Shown here piece by piece: positions 9,617-20,334 of a stretch of DNA of 56,090 nucleotides. Position 1 is the stretch's first letter. Every line of letters starts with the position of its first letter. The position numbers were made by a program, and so were the translations under genes. The stretch lies in the NCBI GenBank assembly GCA_049314655.1, contig JBMOEQ010000001.1, forward strand, positions 1-56,090, read 5' to 3'. Origin of the DNA: Ferruginibacter sp. (GTDB lineage Bacteria > Bacteroidota > Bacteroidia > Chitinophagales > Chitinophagaceae). The notes below the pieces were generated by a model. It saw only the letters and a list, made by a program, of their open reading frames with translations. It searched no databases and had not been told where the DNA came from.

Positions 9617-10255
9617 ATGATTAAAAAGTATTTGGTTTTGATATGCTTGCTTGCTTCAGTGCTATTCATAGTAATAGCAACATTTTATTATCCAGGCGGT
9701 TCATTGCTAGACAAAAATTCAATAGGTTTTGATTGGTCAAAAAATTTTCTAAGCAATTTGTTTGTTACGAAAGCGATAAATGGTTCGGAAAACCCTGGTT
9801 GGATTTGGGCACTTATTGGCATGGCATTTCACTCGGTTGGATATGGATTTTTTTTTATCAATATGTCGAAAAAGATTGCTCCAAAAAAATGGGCTTATAT
9901 TTTAAAAATTATAGGTGTAGCCAACATTATATTTATTTTCTTAATCGCAACACCTTTGCATGACCTGGGAACAATATCAATCATTTTAACATTGTTTGGT
10001 TTATTTACTATCACTGTATTTATCCTAAAGTCAAAACTACATTTACTTAAATTCTGCTGTATTTTTTGCTTATTGACTTATTATTGTTTCTTTGCTCTTA
10101 TAGGATTTGGATATTTAGATTTGTCATTCATAATGCAGAAAGTATATATAGTAAGCTCTATACTTTTAGTTTTAGGACTTGAGTATTTTACCAAATATGA
10201 AGACTTTATACAAATTAATTCGGGAGAACAAAAATTAGAAAAGACGAACGGCTAA
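9617..10255 (+). CDS. Multi-pass membrane protein (DUF998-like N-terminus); ATG 9617 preferred over TTG 9554
   Basis: YYPGGS..GFDWSKNFLSNLF motif and about 6 TM helices. The stop codon lies inside GGCTAAC at the left end of a spacer element. Confidence 0.75.
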   Translation: MIKKYLVLICLLASVLFIVIATFYYPGGSLLDKNSIGFDWSKNFLSNLFVTKAINGSENPGWIWALIGMAFHSVGYGFFFINMSKKIAPKKWAYILKIIGVANIIFIFLIATPLHDLGTISIILTLFGLFTITVFILKSKLHLLKFCCIFCLLTYYCFFALIGFGYLDLSFIMQKVYIVSSILLVLGLEYFTKYEDFIQINSGEQKLEKTNG

Positions 10256-10295
10256 CATCGACTATTCGCACAATGGATGCATCTATGCCCTCAAG

Positions 10296-10335
10296 TTTCT
10301 TAACCTTAAATATCAAAATTAATTTCCTACATTTA
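10296..10335 (+). repeat. 40-bp intergenic core motif, copy 2
   Basis: tttcttaaccttaaatatcaaaattaatttcctacattta. Confidence 0.9.
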
Positions 10336-10424
10336 ATACGCGTTAATGGTCAAACGAAATACTTATTCCACATCTGCTTAAACCGTTAACGATATTTGTA
10401 AGCATTTCAAAACACCTCTACTAA

Positions 10425-11463
10425 ATGCATAAGAACAAGAAAGCAGGAAAGATTATCCAGTGGGCAATTTTAATTTTACTTTTTGTTTTTTTGTATAAAG
10501 TTTTCTGGCCTAGGCATTACAATGTACAGTTGAGAGAAAAGGATATAAATAACTCATTTTGGCAGTTATCTTCTGGGTCTACTATAGCTTATACATACAT
10601 ATCCTCAACTTCAAAAAATACTCAAACGTATCCAATCATTTATCTGCATGGCGGACCAGGTGGCGCTATATCTAAGCGAGTAATTGATGATCTAACACCA
10701 CTTAGTGCCAATGGCTTTGATGTATACTTTTATGATCAAGTGGGAAGCGGCGCATCTAGTAGATTAAATGACATTTCTGAATATACTGTTCAAAGACAAG
10801 TAGAAGACTTGAATGCAATAATCACAAAAATAAATTCAGGAAAAGTTACATTAATTGGACAGTCGTGGGGCTCTGTATTAGCTGCTGTATATGTTTCAAA
10901 GCACCCCGAAAGGATTGACAAAATAATTTTTACAAGCCCTGGTCCAATTTATCCAATAAATAATACAGAGATAAACATACCGGCTCCGGATAGCTTAAAA
11001 TTACGACCTCCATTTTATACAAATAAAGCAGCAAATGAATCTTCAACGAATATTCGAATTAAAGCAATTACATTTTTCGCTACTCGCTTTGGTAAAAAAA
11101 ATCGCTTCTGATAAAGAAGTTGACGAATACGCCAACTTTCTTGATTCTAAAGCATATAAATCGGCTTTGTGTGACACCTCAGTAAACTTGGAAAATAGGG
11201 GTAGTAATGGATTTTACGCAAGCACAATGACATATAAAAGTGTATTACTTATGAAAGATTTCAGAGAGAAAATTAAAGGTTTAAATATTCCAGTTTTAAT
11301 TTTGAAGGGCCAATGCGATAATCAACCCTGGGGCGCTACCAATGAATATTTGAGTCTTTTCCCTAATCATAAATTTGTACTAATACCAAATGCAGGACAC
11401 TTCATAAATGTTGAGCAGCACGAAATGTATCTCCGTGCAATTAAAAATTTTCTACTACAATAA
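10425..11463 (+). pseudogene. Alpha/beta hydrolase (proline iminopeptidase-like) split by a frameshift in an A8 run (real or sequencing error)
   Basis: ORF 10425-11111 has YLHGGPG, YDQVGSG and GQSWG (nucleophile). ORF 11035-11463 has GQCD (Asp) and NAGH (His). Removing one A at 11094-11101 joins them. Confidence 0.85.
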
Positions 11464-11469
11464 TGCTTG

Positions 11470-11647
11470 CACATATCAGGTAATTTTGCTAAAGTTAGAC
11501 TGAAGAAAGCACAGTCAAAATGTATATTTCTATATAACTTTTGTCCAAACTTGACGAGCAACATTCAACTTTATGTTTTAACTTCAACTTTAGGCTAACG
11601 GAAAGCAATTCCCTACCCTTCAATTATACCTGCTCGTTAGCAGAAAC
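11470..11647 (+). repeat. Spacer element variant lacking the 40-bp core, with imperfect inverted ends
   Basis: Left caggtaattttgctaaagttag is partly complementary to right ctacccttcaattatacctg. Shares the ggctaacggaa..attccc block and ends in cGTTAGCA. Confidence 0.55.
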
Positions 11648-11689
11648 AGTAAAAAATATAATAACAAACAAACAGTTGAAAATACAAAT

Positions 11690-12391
11690 ATGACAGAATC
11701 GATTATCCCCTTACTTTCCTTAATTGCCCTAGAAGTAATTCTTGGCATTGACAATATTATTTTCATTTCAATATTGGCAGATAAATTACCCGATAACCAA
11801 AGAAGCAAACTTCGTTTTTGGGGAATAGGTTTGGCAATGGTAATGAGGCTATGTCTATTAGCCTTTATAGCTTGGATTTTAAAGCTAGACCAAACACTCT
11901 TTACGCTTTACGAAATTGACTTCTCTGGCAAAGGCTTAATACTCATTTTAGGCGGACTTTTCTTAATTTATAAAAGCACAAAAGAAATTTATCATAAATC
12001 TGAAATTGCCAATGAAACGCAACCCAATGTTCCAAAGAACAGTAGTTTTAAAAAATTACTTTCAGAAGTAATTATTTTGGATTTGGTTTTTTCTATTGAT
12101 TCAATTATTACAGCGGTGGGTATGGTTCAAGAACTTTGGGTAATGTACACAGCCGTAATTGTAACTGTTGTCATTATGCTATTTGCATCAAAACCCATAA
12201 GCGATTTTATTAGAAAACATCCTTCTTTTAAAATATTAGCCTTGTGTTTCTTAATGATGATTGGGGTTTCACTTTTGGCAGAAGGCTTTCATTTTGAAAT
12301 TCCAAAGGGTTATATTTATTTTTCTATGGCATTTGCATTTTTAGTAGATGTAATTCAAATGAAAACAATAAAACAAAAAAATACGCATTGA
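11690..12391 (+). CDS. TerC family membrane protein
   Basis: LEVILGIDNIIFI, GGLFLIYKSTKEI, DLVFSIDSIITAVGM, IPKGYIYFSMAF. Confidence 0.95.
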   Translation: MTESIIPLLSLIALEVILGIDNIIFISILADKLPDNQRSKLRFWGIGLAMVMRLCLLAFIAWILKLDQTLFTLYEIDFSGKGLILILGGLFLIYKSTKEIYHKSEIANETQPNVPKNSSFKKLLSEVIILDLVFSIDSIITAVGMVQELWVMYTAVIVTVVIMLFASKPISDFIRKHPSFKILALCFLMMIGVSLLAEGFHFEIPKGYIYFSMAFAFLVDVIQMKTIKQKNTH

Positions 12392-12514
12392 GATGAATGA
12401 AACACGCATTCACTCAGCTCAATGTAGTAAATAAATTTCAAAATTTCGATTGAATAAAATCTACAAACTTGATAAAAAATCAAACAACAACTATAAGCCA
12501 TTAAATTTCCCTCT

Positions 12515-12670
12515 ATCAAAAAATATTCAACAATATTCCTTCAAGGAGTGCTTGTACTTATTGGGATTATAGCGCTAGCAGCTTTAGTTCGATTTCCTTT
12601 AACAGAAGGCAGATCCCAAACATTAAACATCTGGAGCATCTATACCGATCCTTTCATATTATTGGTATAA
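12515..12670 (+). pseudogene. DUF2975-like gene relic (N-terminal fragment, start codon lost)
   Basis: Translates IKKYSTIFLQGVLVLIGIIALAALVRFPLTEGRSQTLNIWSIYTDPFILLV*. ATC stands where an ATG is expected and the fragment ends after ~50 aa. Family call is from recall of similar N-termini. Confidence 0.6.
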
Positions 12671-12770
12671 TATACAGGGTAAATTTTATCCCTTAGGTAG
12701 CACTCAAAAATAAATAACGACACAAGAAATCAGCACTCATCATCAAGCATAGACTTATCTACTCAGAAAG

Positions 12771-12810
12771 TTTCTAAACTTTCAATTTCAATATTATTTT
12801 CCTACATTTA
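12771..12810 (+). repeat. 40-bp intergenic core motif, copy 3
   Basis: tttctaaactttcaatttcaatattattttcctacattta. Confidence 0.88.
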
Positions 12811-12951
12811 ATAAGCGTTTCTGGATTTAATAAATTCAAGTCCCAAGCCTTCGCTAACATGCAATCTTAAGTTGCTTACGCATTGTATTGCTTGTTAAAA
12901 GCATGTACTGCAAAGGTTATAATAATCAACATTTAATTAAACTAGTTTAAA

Positions 12952-15060
12952 ATGAAATGTATACAATTATATTTTTTATTTTGTTTTGTATTTAACCAAT
13001 CGTTAAAAGCACAAAATAGTGAAGATGTAGTAAGAGATGTAATACGTTTTACAAATACCGAATGGTTTCAATCTCTTGCTCAACCAGGCAAAAAAAAATA
13101 TAAACCACAGCCGGTTGATAGCGTACTTATTGAATATGTGAATAAAGTAGAACGCAAAAAAATACTAGTTCAAACCATACAGTATATAGGGGAATTTAAA
13201 AATGGGCTTTTTCATGGCAAAGGAAAATTGTTGTTAAAACTCTATAGTCATCCTTTTCAAGAAAACAAACCGGGCACTTTTACCTACGAAGGAGATTTCG
13301 AAAATGGAGCTGCAAATGGGAAAGCGTTTTTAAACTATTCGTGGATGTATACCCCTTGGGAAATGAAGCCAATTTTAGTGAAAATGAATTGTCAGGCAGA
13401 ATTTGAAAATGGTCTCTTAAAAAGAGGCCTATTAAGAGCCGACCACACGCTGAACGATGTACCTGTATTAACAAATTATTATAGTGGAGATATGTATTTG
13501 AAAAACCTAAATCCGGTTTTAAACGGAATGGGAATTCTATATATATCTAAAAATAGTCCCGGTAGCGAAATGGCAAAAAGATCCCCTGGCATTGATGGCG
13601 GTTTTTATGCCGGGAGTTTTTTTCATGGGGAAAATACAGGTTATGCGATATGCAATAATTTTAATGCAGCAAAAAATGAACTCAGCAACTTATTGCTTGG
13701 AATAGTAGGTAAAGGAGAACTCATTCATACTTTTTCAACCCTACCGGTTAAGCATGATTGGAGTTACAATGAAGTACCTTCTACTCAAAATAAGTCTGAA
13801 AATTTTTCAAAACTATTTGGGAATTTCAAAGAAGTTAAAAAAGCCACCATCTATCTTGATAAAGAAAATAAATACACCGGTGGTATAAAAGATGATTTAC
13901 CGCACGGTATCGGTTACATAGAAAATGGAAATGGATTTTATGATCTTTCATTTTGGAATGCAGGGAAACGACTTTCAGTAAAAGAAGTGCTAGGCAGTTT
14001 GCTGGACGATAGCTCAATGATACATATGAAAAGATTTGAAAAGAAAGTAACAAAAGAATATACTTCCAATAAAGGAACAAGGAAGGAAAAACTTATTTTA
14101 AAAGCAGATTATTTCGGAAAAATCAATCAAAATGGGCACCCCGAAGGATGGGGAATTTTGTTAAATAAAAAGGATTATGATGAAGACTATCATATGCACT
14201 ATGATTCAGCAGAATATACAGTAGAAAGATCAATAATTGGATATTTTAATGGGCTTGATATTTATGAAAATTACACCCAAACAAACATGAGCCATCTTAT
14301 AAAAGACGAATATAAAGACAAAGCGTTCATTGTTGGCTTAAGGGAAAATGATATTTTTCGAACCTATGCATTTCTTCCTAGTTACATCAAAATTGGAGAA
14401 ATGTTTCCAAGGATAACAGAATATTACAGCTATACAACACCAACAATAGCTGTTTTAGAAACCGAAAGTTTTAAAGAAGATATATATGCTTATCAGAAAA
14501 CAAAATATGCTGAAATGACTTACATCTCCAATAGGAAATCCATTGAAATATCTAAAGTTTACCTTTCCTCCATCAGGGGAAATAGTTACATAGAATCATC
14601 GCTTGGTACAATTAAATTGCAAGAACTACCAGCAGATGAAATCAAATATGGAGATTTTGTTTTATACAATGATGTTTTTTACGAAGTAAATAGAGCGGGC
14701 ATGTTAAACGATTACATTGCTCCAAATCCCAACAACCCACACCTTTCAGTCGCTGAAGCCTTTAAGAACAAAGTAGGATATGTACTCAAAGGTTACTGGA
14801 TGGTTGCAAGGTATGAAACCGACCCAAATAAAGTTTGTGTTTACTGTGGAGGTAAAGATCCCGGAAAATCAACCTATACAGGTGTAGGATATACAGGTAG
14901 ATATGAAACTAATAAGTACAACAACAACTCGGGCGGTATTAGTATTGTTACAAAACCCATTACAACCATTACCACTGTTACTGTAGAAAATAAACCCTGT
15001 AAATATTGTAAGGGTAATGAAGCAAAACGGAGGGTAAGTGCTAATATTATAAGAGATTAA
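12952..15060 (+). CDS. Secreted protein with MORN-like repeats and C-terminal split CxxCxG zinc finger
   Basis: Signal peptide; YIGEFKNGLFHGKG, YEGDFENGAANGKA, YTGGIKDDLPHGIG; CVYCGG...CKYCKG near the C-terminus. Confidence 0.7.
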   Translation: MKCIQLYFLFCFVFNQSLKAQNSEDVVRDVIRFTNTEWFQSLAQPGKKKYKPQPVDSVLIEYVNKVERKKILVQTIQYIGEFKNGLFHGKGKLLLKLYSHPFQENKPGTFTYEGDFENGAANGKAFLNYSWMYTPWEMKPILVKMNCQAEFENGLLKRGLLRADHTLNDVPVLTNYYSGDMYLKNLNPVLNGMGILYISKNSPGSEMAKRSPGIDGGFYAGSFFHGENTGYAICNNFNAAKNELSNLLLGIVGKGELIHTFSTLPVKHDWSYNEVPSTQNKSENFSKLFGNFKEVKKATIYLDKENKYTGGIKDDLPHGIGYIENGNGFYDLSFWNAGKRLSVKEVLGSLLDDSSMIHMKRFEKKVTKEYTSNKGTRKEKLILKADYFGKINQNGHPEGWGILLNKKDYDEDYHMHYDSAEYTVERSIIGYFNGLDIYENYTQTNMSHLIKDEYKDKAFIVGLRENDIFRTYAFLPSYIKIGEMFPRITEYYSYTTPTIAVLETESFKEDIYAYQKTKYAEMTYISNRKSIEISKVYLSSIRGNSYIESSLGTIKLQELPADEIKYGDFVLYNDVFYEVNRAGMLNDYIAPNPNNPHLSVAEAFKNKVGYVLKGYWMVARYETDPNKVCVYCGGKDPGKSTYTGVGYTGRYETNKYNNNSGGISIVTKPITTITTVTVENKPCKYCKGNEAKRRVSANIIRD

Positions 15061-15181
15061 TAAGTGGATTCGTTTAAGCTAAATTTTAACTGTTGAAATG
15101 GATAATTTGAAACTCATTTTAAAAATAAAAAATGTTCACAAATAGTAGCTTTAAGAAATTAGAGATTAGATACTCCACAAG

Positions 15182-15221
15182 CTTCCTAACGATTTAAATC
15201 AAATTTATTTACCTACATTTA
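15182..15221 (+). repeat. 40-bp intergenic core motif, copy 4
   Basis: cttcctaacgatttaaatcaaatttatttacctacattta. Confidence 0.8.
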
Positions 15222-15350
15222 AAGGGCGATTTTCTGTTTAATTAATATGAATTCCCATTTTGCAAAATGCTATCATTGGAAATCGATAGTATAATCGAAT
15301 TTCTCTTAGCTATTAAAATAATAAAATCATCAACTTAAAATCTAATCAAC

Positions 15351-15782
15351 ATGGCGCAAATCAATCCGCATATAAACTTCAATGGAAATGCAGAAGAAGC
15401 ATTTAATTTTTACAAATCTGTATTTGGAGGAGCGTTTGCGCAAATAATGCGTTTCAAAGATTTAGCCAGTGATGAATTTCCAGTTGCAGAAAATGAAGCC
15501 AATAAAATAATGCACATTGCTTTACCCATCGGCAATAGTATTTTAATGGCGAATGATGTACCTGAAATAATGGGAAGAACCAACGAAAATGAAAATAGAA
15601 GTAAAATTGTGATTAGTGCAGAAAGCAAAGAAGAAGCCGACAAATTATTCAATGGACTTTCTGAAGGCGGACAAATTGAAATGCCTATTTCCGACAGCCC
15701 TTGGGGCTCCTATTTTGGCATGTTTAGAGACAAATATGGAATTGAATGGATAGTAGATTTTGCATCGAATAATAAAGGATAA
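15351..15782 (+). CDS. VOC family protein (PhnB/glyoxalase-like)
   Basis: INPHINFNGNAEEAFNFYKSVFGG, IMHIALPIG, PWGSYFGMFRDKYGIEW. Confidence 0.95.
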   Translation: MAQINPHINFNGNAEEAFNFYKSVFGGAFAQIMRFKDLASDEFPVAENEANKIMHIALPIGNSILMANDVPEIMGRTNENENRSKIVISAESKEEADKLFNGLSEGGQIEMPISDSPWGSYFGMFRDKYGIEWIVDFASNNKG

Positions 15783-15890
15783 ATTTAGAAGGAGAAAACA
15801 ATAATCGTCCAAAGTATTTTTTTTATTGGCACAAAACATTGTTTTTCAATTATAATTATAAATTCAGTAAAAAACCAATCGATTCGCAAG

Positions 15891-15930
15891 TTTCTTAACA
15901 CCTATTATCAAAATTATTTTACTAAATTTA
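15891..15930 (+). repeat. 40-bp intergenic core motif, copy 5
   Basis: tttcttaacacctattatcaaaattattttactaaattta. Confidence 0.85.
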
Positions 15931-15992
15931 GATTGCTTTATCAATTTGTTTGAACCGAATCTTAGTATTGCTTTAAGGCTTAAAAAACGTAA

Positions 15993-17051
15993 GTGCATAA
16001 TACTAATTTCTACGATGTGAAAAGTATTAATATTTTCTTTTTTTCAGGCACAGGAAATGCAAAACGTATTGCCTTATGGATATATGAACTGTCGCAAGAA
16101 AAAAACATTGATTGCCATATAAATAATATCGCCAACTTCGCTCCATCAAAAATTGAAAGCATTGACAAAGAGGCTTTAATTGTTTTTATTTCGCCAATAC
16201 ATGGATTTAATTATCCAAAAATCACTTTAGATTTTATTCGGAATTTTCCTAAAGGAAAGAACAAAATTTTGCTACTGAATACTCGTGCTGGCATGAAAAT
16301 TGGCAAATGGGTTACTCCGGGTTTAACAGGTATTGCCTTTTTTATAAGTTCGCTTTGGTTACGAAATAAAGGATATAAAATTATTGGGCAAATTCCCTAT
16401 GACATGCCTTCAAATTGGATTTCAATTCACCCCGCATTAAATGAACAAACAGTTCAATATATTCACAGGGCAATTAAAATTAAAGTAAACAATCATTTTA
16501 CTAGAATATTTCAAGGAGACAAATTATTTCTATCGCATAAAGAAATCATACAAGATATTTTAGTGACCCCAATTAGTTTGCTATATTATATAATAGGAAG
16601 ATTTATTATTGCAAAAACATTTTATTCAACACACCTATGCGACAATTGTGGCATTTGTATAAAAGAATGCCCAGTATCAGCAATAAAACTAGTAGACGAC
16701 AAACCATTTTGGACAATAAAATGTGAAAGTTGTATGCGGTGTATGAATTTTTGTCCAAAAAAAGCAATTGAAACTTCACATGGATTATTGGTTTTAATTT
16801 TTCTTCTTTACCCTATATTAGTTGGCTTAGTATACAAATTTATACTAACTGGGATAGAACTTTCTGGCTTTGCAAAATTTTGCTTAAGTAATTTAATTTT
16901 TTTTATTACACTAATTGTACTTTATAGAGTACAACACTTACTTTTAAAAAACAAGTTTCTATCAAAATTAATTTCCTATACTTCTTTAACTTATTATAAA
17001 TTTTGGGGGAGATATAAATCAATAGCTGATAAAAATTGGAAAGATAAATAA
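15993..17051 (+). CDS. EFR1-family flavodoxin/4Fe-4S ferredoxin fusion with C-terminal TM helices (start may be GTG 16017)
   Basis: FFSGTGNA flavodoxin loop, MPSNW, CDNCGICIKECP and CESCMRCMNFCP. Confidence 0.9.
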   Translation: MHNTNFYDVKSINIFFFSGTGNAKRIALWIYELSQEKNIDCHINNIANFAPSKIESIDKEALIVFISPIHGFNYPKITLDFIRNFPKGKNKILLLNTRAGMKIGKWVTPGLTGIAFFISSLWLRNKGYKIIGQIPYDMPSNWISIHPALNEQTVQYIHRAIKIKVNNHFTRIFQGDKLFLSHKEIIQDILVTPISLLYYIIGRFIIAKTFYSTHLCDNCGICIKECPVSAIKLVDDKPFWTIKCESCMRCMNFCPKKAIETSHGLLVLIFLLYPILVGLVYKFILTGIELSGFAKFCLSNLIFFITLIVLYRVQHLLLKNKFLSKLISYTSLTYYKFWGRYKSIADKNWKDK

Positions 17052-17053
17052 TA

Positions 17054-17135
17054 CTGCCGTCAACAAGGTAATTTGCAAATACAGGACAGCATACTCAATA
17101 TCACCTTTCGCCTATAACTAACTTTGGAGGAATTT
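17054..17135 (+). repeat. Short or eroded spacer element left end
   Basis: ctgccgtcaacaaggtaatttgc follows the stop codon directly and resembles atcaggtaattttgc at ~11474. Confidence 0.35.
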
Positions 17136-17167
17136 TAAACTGTACGAAACATTAATATGATTTTACT

Positions 17168-18976
17168 ATGATAAGATTGATACTCATTGGCATTTTATTA
17201 ACAGGTAAAATTGCATGCGCACAGGAAAACAATTCGTTACAAAACATCTATAATAGGCAAATTAAAAGCTTAAATGGCAAGTGGAATTATATAGTTGATC
17301 CATACGAAACAGGCTATTATAGTTTTCATTTGGATGAATATGATAAAAGAAAAAATTTTCAAATGGGGGCATTTTTTAATAATTATCATTCCACCAATAA
17401 ACAAGATCTTGTTGAATATGATTTTGATAAATCTCCTGAAATGAATATACCCGGTGACTGGAATTCGCAGGTTAAAGAATTATATTATTATGAAGGAACA
17501 GTTTGGTTTAAAAAATCATTTAATTATACCTTAAAAGAAAACAAGCGATTATTTTTGAATTTCGGAGCCATAAACTACAGAGCTGATATATATTTAAATG
17601 GAACGAAATTAGGTACTCATGTGGGTGGATTTACTTCTTTCAGTTTTGAAGTATCAAAGATTATAAAAGACAGAAACAATTATTTAGTTGTAAAAGTAGA
17701 TAATAAAAGATTTAAAGACGCTGTACCAACAACCAATACCGATTGGTGGAATTATGGCGGCATTACCCGTGATGTAAGTTTAGTGGAAGTTGAAGGTGCT
17801 TTTATTGAAGATTATTCTATTCAATTGGAAAAAAATAATCTTACCAAAATAATCGGTTTCGTGAAGGTTAACCAAGCTAATACTAATGAGGATGTAACTA
17901 TAAAAATCCCTGAACTAAACATTAATTTAAAAGAAAAGCTAGATACAAACAACATAGCTGAATTTGAGATACGCAGCAACAATATAAAGTATTGGACACC
18001 GAAAAATCCGAAATTATACGAGGTTATTTTATCGTATAATAATCAAACCCTAAAAGATAAGATTGGATTTAGAACAATAGAAACAGCTGATAAAAAAATA
18101 ATTTTAAACGGTGAACCCATTTTCTTAAAAGGAATATGTATGCATGAGGAAAATGCTTCTGGTGGAAGAGCAAACTCTAATGCGGATGCAATCCGATTAT
18201 TGAATTGGGCAAAAGAATTAGGTTGTAATTATGTAAGGTTGGCTCACTATCCTCATAATGAGTATATCATTCGATTAGCAGATGAAATGGGGCTACTCGT
18301 TTGGGAAGAAATTCCAGTATACTGGACAATTGATTTTAAAAACGAAGCAACCTATAAGAATGCCGAAAACCAATTAAGTGAAATGATTTCTAGAGATAAA
18401 AATAGGGCGAGCGTAATTATTTGGTCAATGGCAAATGAAACGCCTTTATCAGAAGATCGAACAAATTTCATAACAAATCTTATCAATGTTACCAGAAAAA
18501 AGGACCCTACCAGACTAATAAGCGCTGCTCTTTTAACTGACAATAATAACGGCATCAATACCATTAACGATCCTTTGGGTGAGCATTTAGATGTAATTGC
18601 TGTTAACCAATATTTAGGTTGGTACGGAGGAAATTTAGAAGATGCTGAAAAAATAAAATGGATAAGTAAATACGCTAAACCTTTGATCGTTTCGGAATTT
18701 GGGGGTGATGCCAAACAAGGGCTCCATGGAAATAAAAATGAACGGTGGACTGAAGAATTTCAGGAATACTTATATATTCAAAATTTGAAAATGATTGATA
18801 AAATGCCCAATTTGTCGGGATTATCCCCATGGATATTAGTTGACTTTCGTTCTCCGAGACGGTTGCTTCCAGGAATACAAGATGGCTACAACAGAAAGGG
18901 ATTAATATCTAATAGTGGTAAAAAGAAAAAAGCCTTTTTGGTAATGAAAAAGTACTATAACAATAAGTATAACTAA
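17168..18976 (+). CDS. Glycoside hydrolase family 2 (beta-glucuronidase-like)
   Basis: SLNGKW, DWWNYGGITRDV, NYVRLAHYPH, WSMANE (acid/base), VSEFG (nucleophile), YNRKGL (NxKG motif of glucuronidases). Confidence 0.93.
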   Translation: MIRLILIGILLTGKIACAQENNSLQNIYNRQIKSLNGKWNYIVDPYETGYYSFHLDEYDKRKNFQMGAFFNNYHSTNKQDLVEYDFDKSPEMNIPGDWNSQVKELYYYEGTVWFKKSFNYTLKENKRLFLNFGAINYRADIYLNGTKLGTHVGGFTSFSFEVSKIIKDRNNYLVVKVDNKRFKDAVPTTNTDWWNYGGITRDVSLVEVEGAFIEDYSIQLEKNNLTKIIGFVKVNQANTNEDVTIKIPELNINLKEKLDTNNIAEFEIRSNNIKYWTPKNPKLYEVILSYNNQTLKDKIGFRTIETADKKIILNGEPIFLKGICMHEENASGGRANSNADAIRLLNWAKELGCNYVRLAHYPHNEYIIRLADEMGLLVWEEIPVYWTIDFKNEATYKNAENQLSEMISRDKNRASVIIWSMANETPLSEDRTNFITNLINVTRKKDPTRLISAALLTDNNNGINTINDPLGEHLDVIAVNQYLGWYGGNLEDAEKIKWISKYAKPLIVSEFGGDAKQGLHGNKNERWTEEFQEYLYIQNLKMIDKMPNLSGLSPWILVDFRSPRRLLPGIQDGYNRKGLISNSGKKKKAFLVMKKYYNNKYN

Positions 18977-19080
18977 AAATACGCCTTATAGCTGCTCCTA
19001 TACAATTGCAGTTATTCAAGGTTAGATCCGCATTATTCTACACCAGTCATCTTCCATCATCGGCTGTGCTGCAGCAATTG

Positions 19081-19120
19081 TTTCATAACATTCAATATCA
19101 AAATTAATTTCCTAAATTTA
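19081..19120 (+). repeat. 40-bp intergenic core motif, copy 6
   Basis: tttcataacattcaatatcaaaattaatttcctaaattta. Confidence 0.9.
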
Positions 19121-19228
19121 GTTTTCGTTATCGAGCAGACTAAATTTTAATGTTCCAGTACAATTAGCAGAGAACGTTGTGCGCTAAACTGAAAAGGAGC
19201 ATTGCCTCATCAATAGCATAATTTCAAA

Positions 19229-20194
19229 ATGAAAGCAAGTGTATATACAAAATATGGGCCACCGGAAGTAGCCAAAGTATTGGAAGTACCCATGCCGTTG
19301 CCAAAAAACAATGAAGTATTGGTTAGGGTTTATTCTTCTACTGTAAACAGAACAGATGCTGGCTTCCGTAGTGCAGCATATTTTATTTCAAGATTTTGGA
19401 GTGGACTTTTACGCCCTAAGTATCAAATATTAGGATGTGAGTTTGCAGGTATTATTGAAGATATTGGGACTGCTGTAACAACATTCAAGAAAGGCGACAA
19501 AGTTTTTGGCTTTAACGATAAAACTTTTGGTGGACATGGCGAGTATTTAACGATTGCTGAAACGGAGGCAGTAACAATTATGCCAGACAACTTTAGTTTC
19601 GATGAAGCGGCAGCGCTTACTGAAGGAGCCCATTATGCCTTAGTAGATATTAGAGCAGCAAAAATTCATCATGGACAAAACGTTTTAGTATATGGAGCAA
19701 CAGGAGCTATTGGTACAGCTGCTATTCAATTATTAAAACATTTTGGTGCAATAGTAACTGCAGTTTGTAATACAAAAAATATAGCACTCGTAAAATCACT
19801 AGGTGCCCATGCAGTAATTGATTATCAAACACAGGATTTCACAAATACAGCAATAAAATTTAACTTCATTTTTGACGCTGTTGGTAAAAGCTCATTTAAA
19901 CAATGCAAGCCATTATTAACTGAAAATGGAATTTATATTTCTACCGAACTTGGAAAAAATGGCGTAAACATACTTTTGGCACTTATAACACCATTATGGG
20001 GAGGCAAAAAACTATTATTTCCAATGCCCACTATTACAAAAGATGATGTAATTTTTTTAAAAGAATTAGTCCAAAAAGGAGAATATAAATCTGTGATAGA
20101 TAGGACATATAAGTTAGACCAAATTGTGGAGGCCTATAAATACGTTGAAACTGGACAAAAAACAGGAAATGTTATTCTAAAAATTGTTGAATAA
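19229..20194 (+). CDS. NAD(P)-dependent MDR-family oxidoreductase (quinone reductase/ADH-like)
   Basis: YGPPEV, ILGCEFAG, FKKGDKVFG, YGATGAIG, GQKTGNVIL. Confidence 0.95.
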   Translation: MKASVYTKYGPPEVAKVLEVPMPLPKNNEVLVRVYSSTVNRTDAGFRSAAYFISRFWSGLLRPKYQILGCEFAGIIEDIGTAVTTFKKGDKVFGFNDKTFGGHGEYLTIAETEAVTIMPDNFSFDEAAALTEGAHYALVDIRAAKIHHGQNVLVYGATGAIGTAAIQLLKHFGAIVTAVCNTKNIALVKSLGAHAVIDYQTQDFTNTAIKFNFIFDAVGKSSFKQCKPLLTENGIYISTELGKNGVNILLALITPLWGGKKLLFPMPTITKDDVIFLKELVQKGEYKSVIDRTYKLDQIVEAYKYVETGQKTGNVILKIVE

Positions 20195-20295
20195 TACTAG
20201 ACACGAACATCTACCCTATTCAATTATGGCTTGACAAAGTTATTTCAGCAACAAGCTTCAAATCTACTTCACCCCTCAGTTATTTTGCTCCCTAT

Positions 20296-20334
20296 TTTCT
20301 TAACTTTCAAAACAAACTTATTTCCCTAAATTTA
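20296..20334 (+). repeat. 40-bp intergenic core motif, copy 7
   Basis: tttcttaactttcaaaacaaacttatttccctaaattta. Confidence 0.8.
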
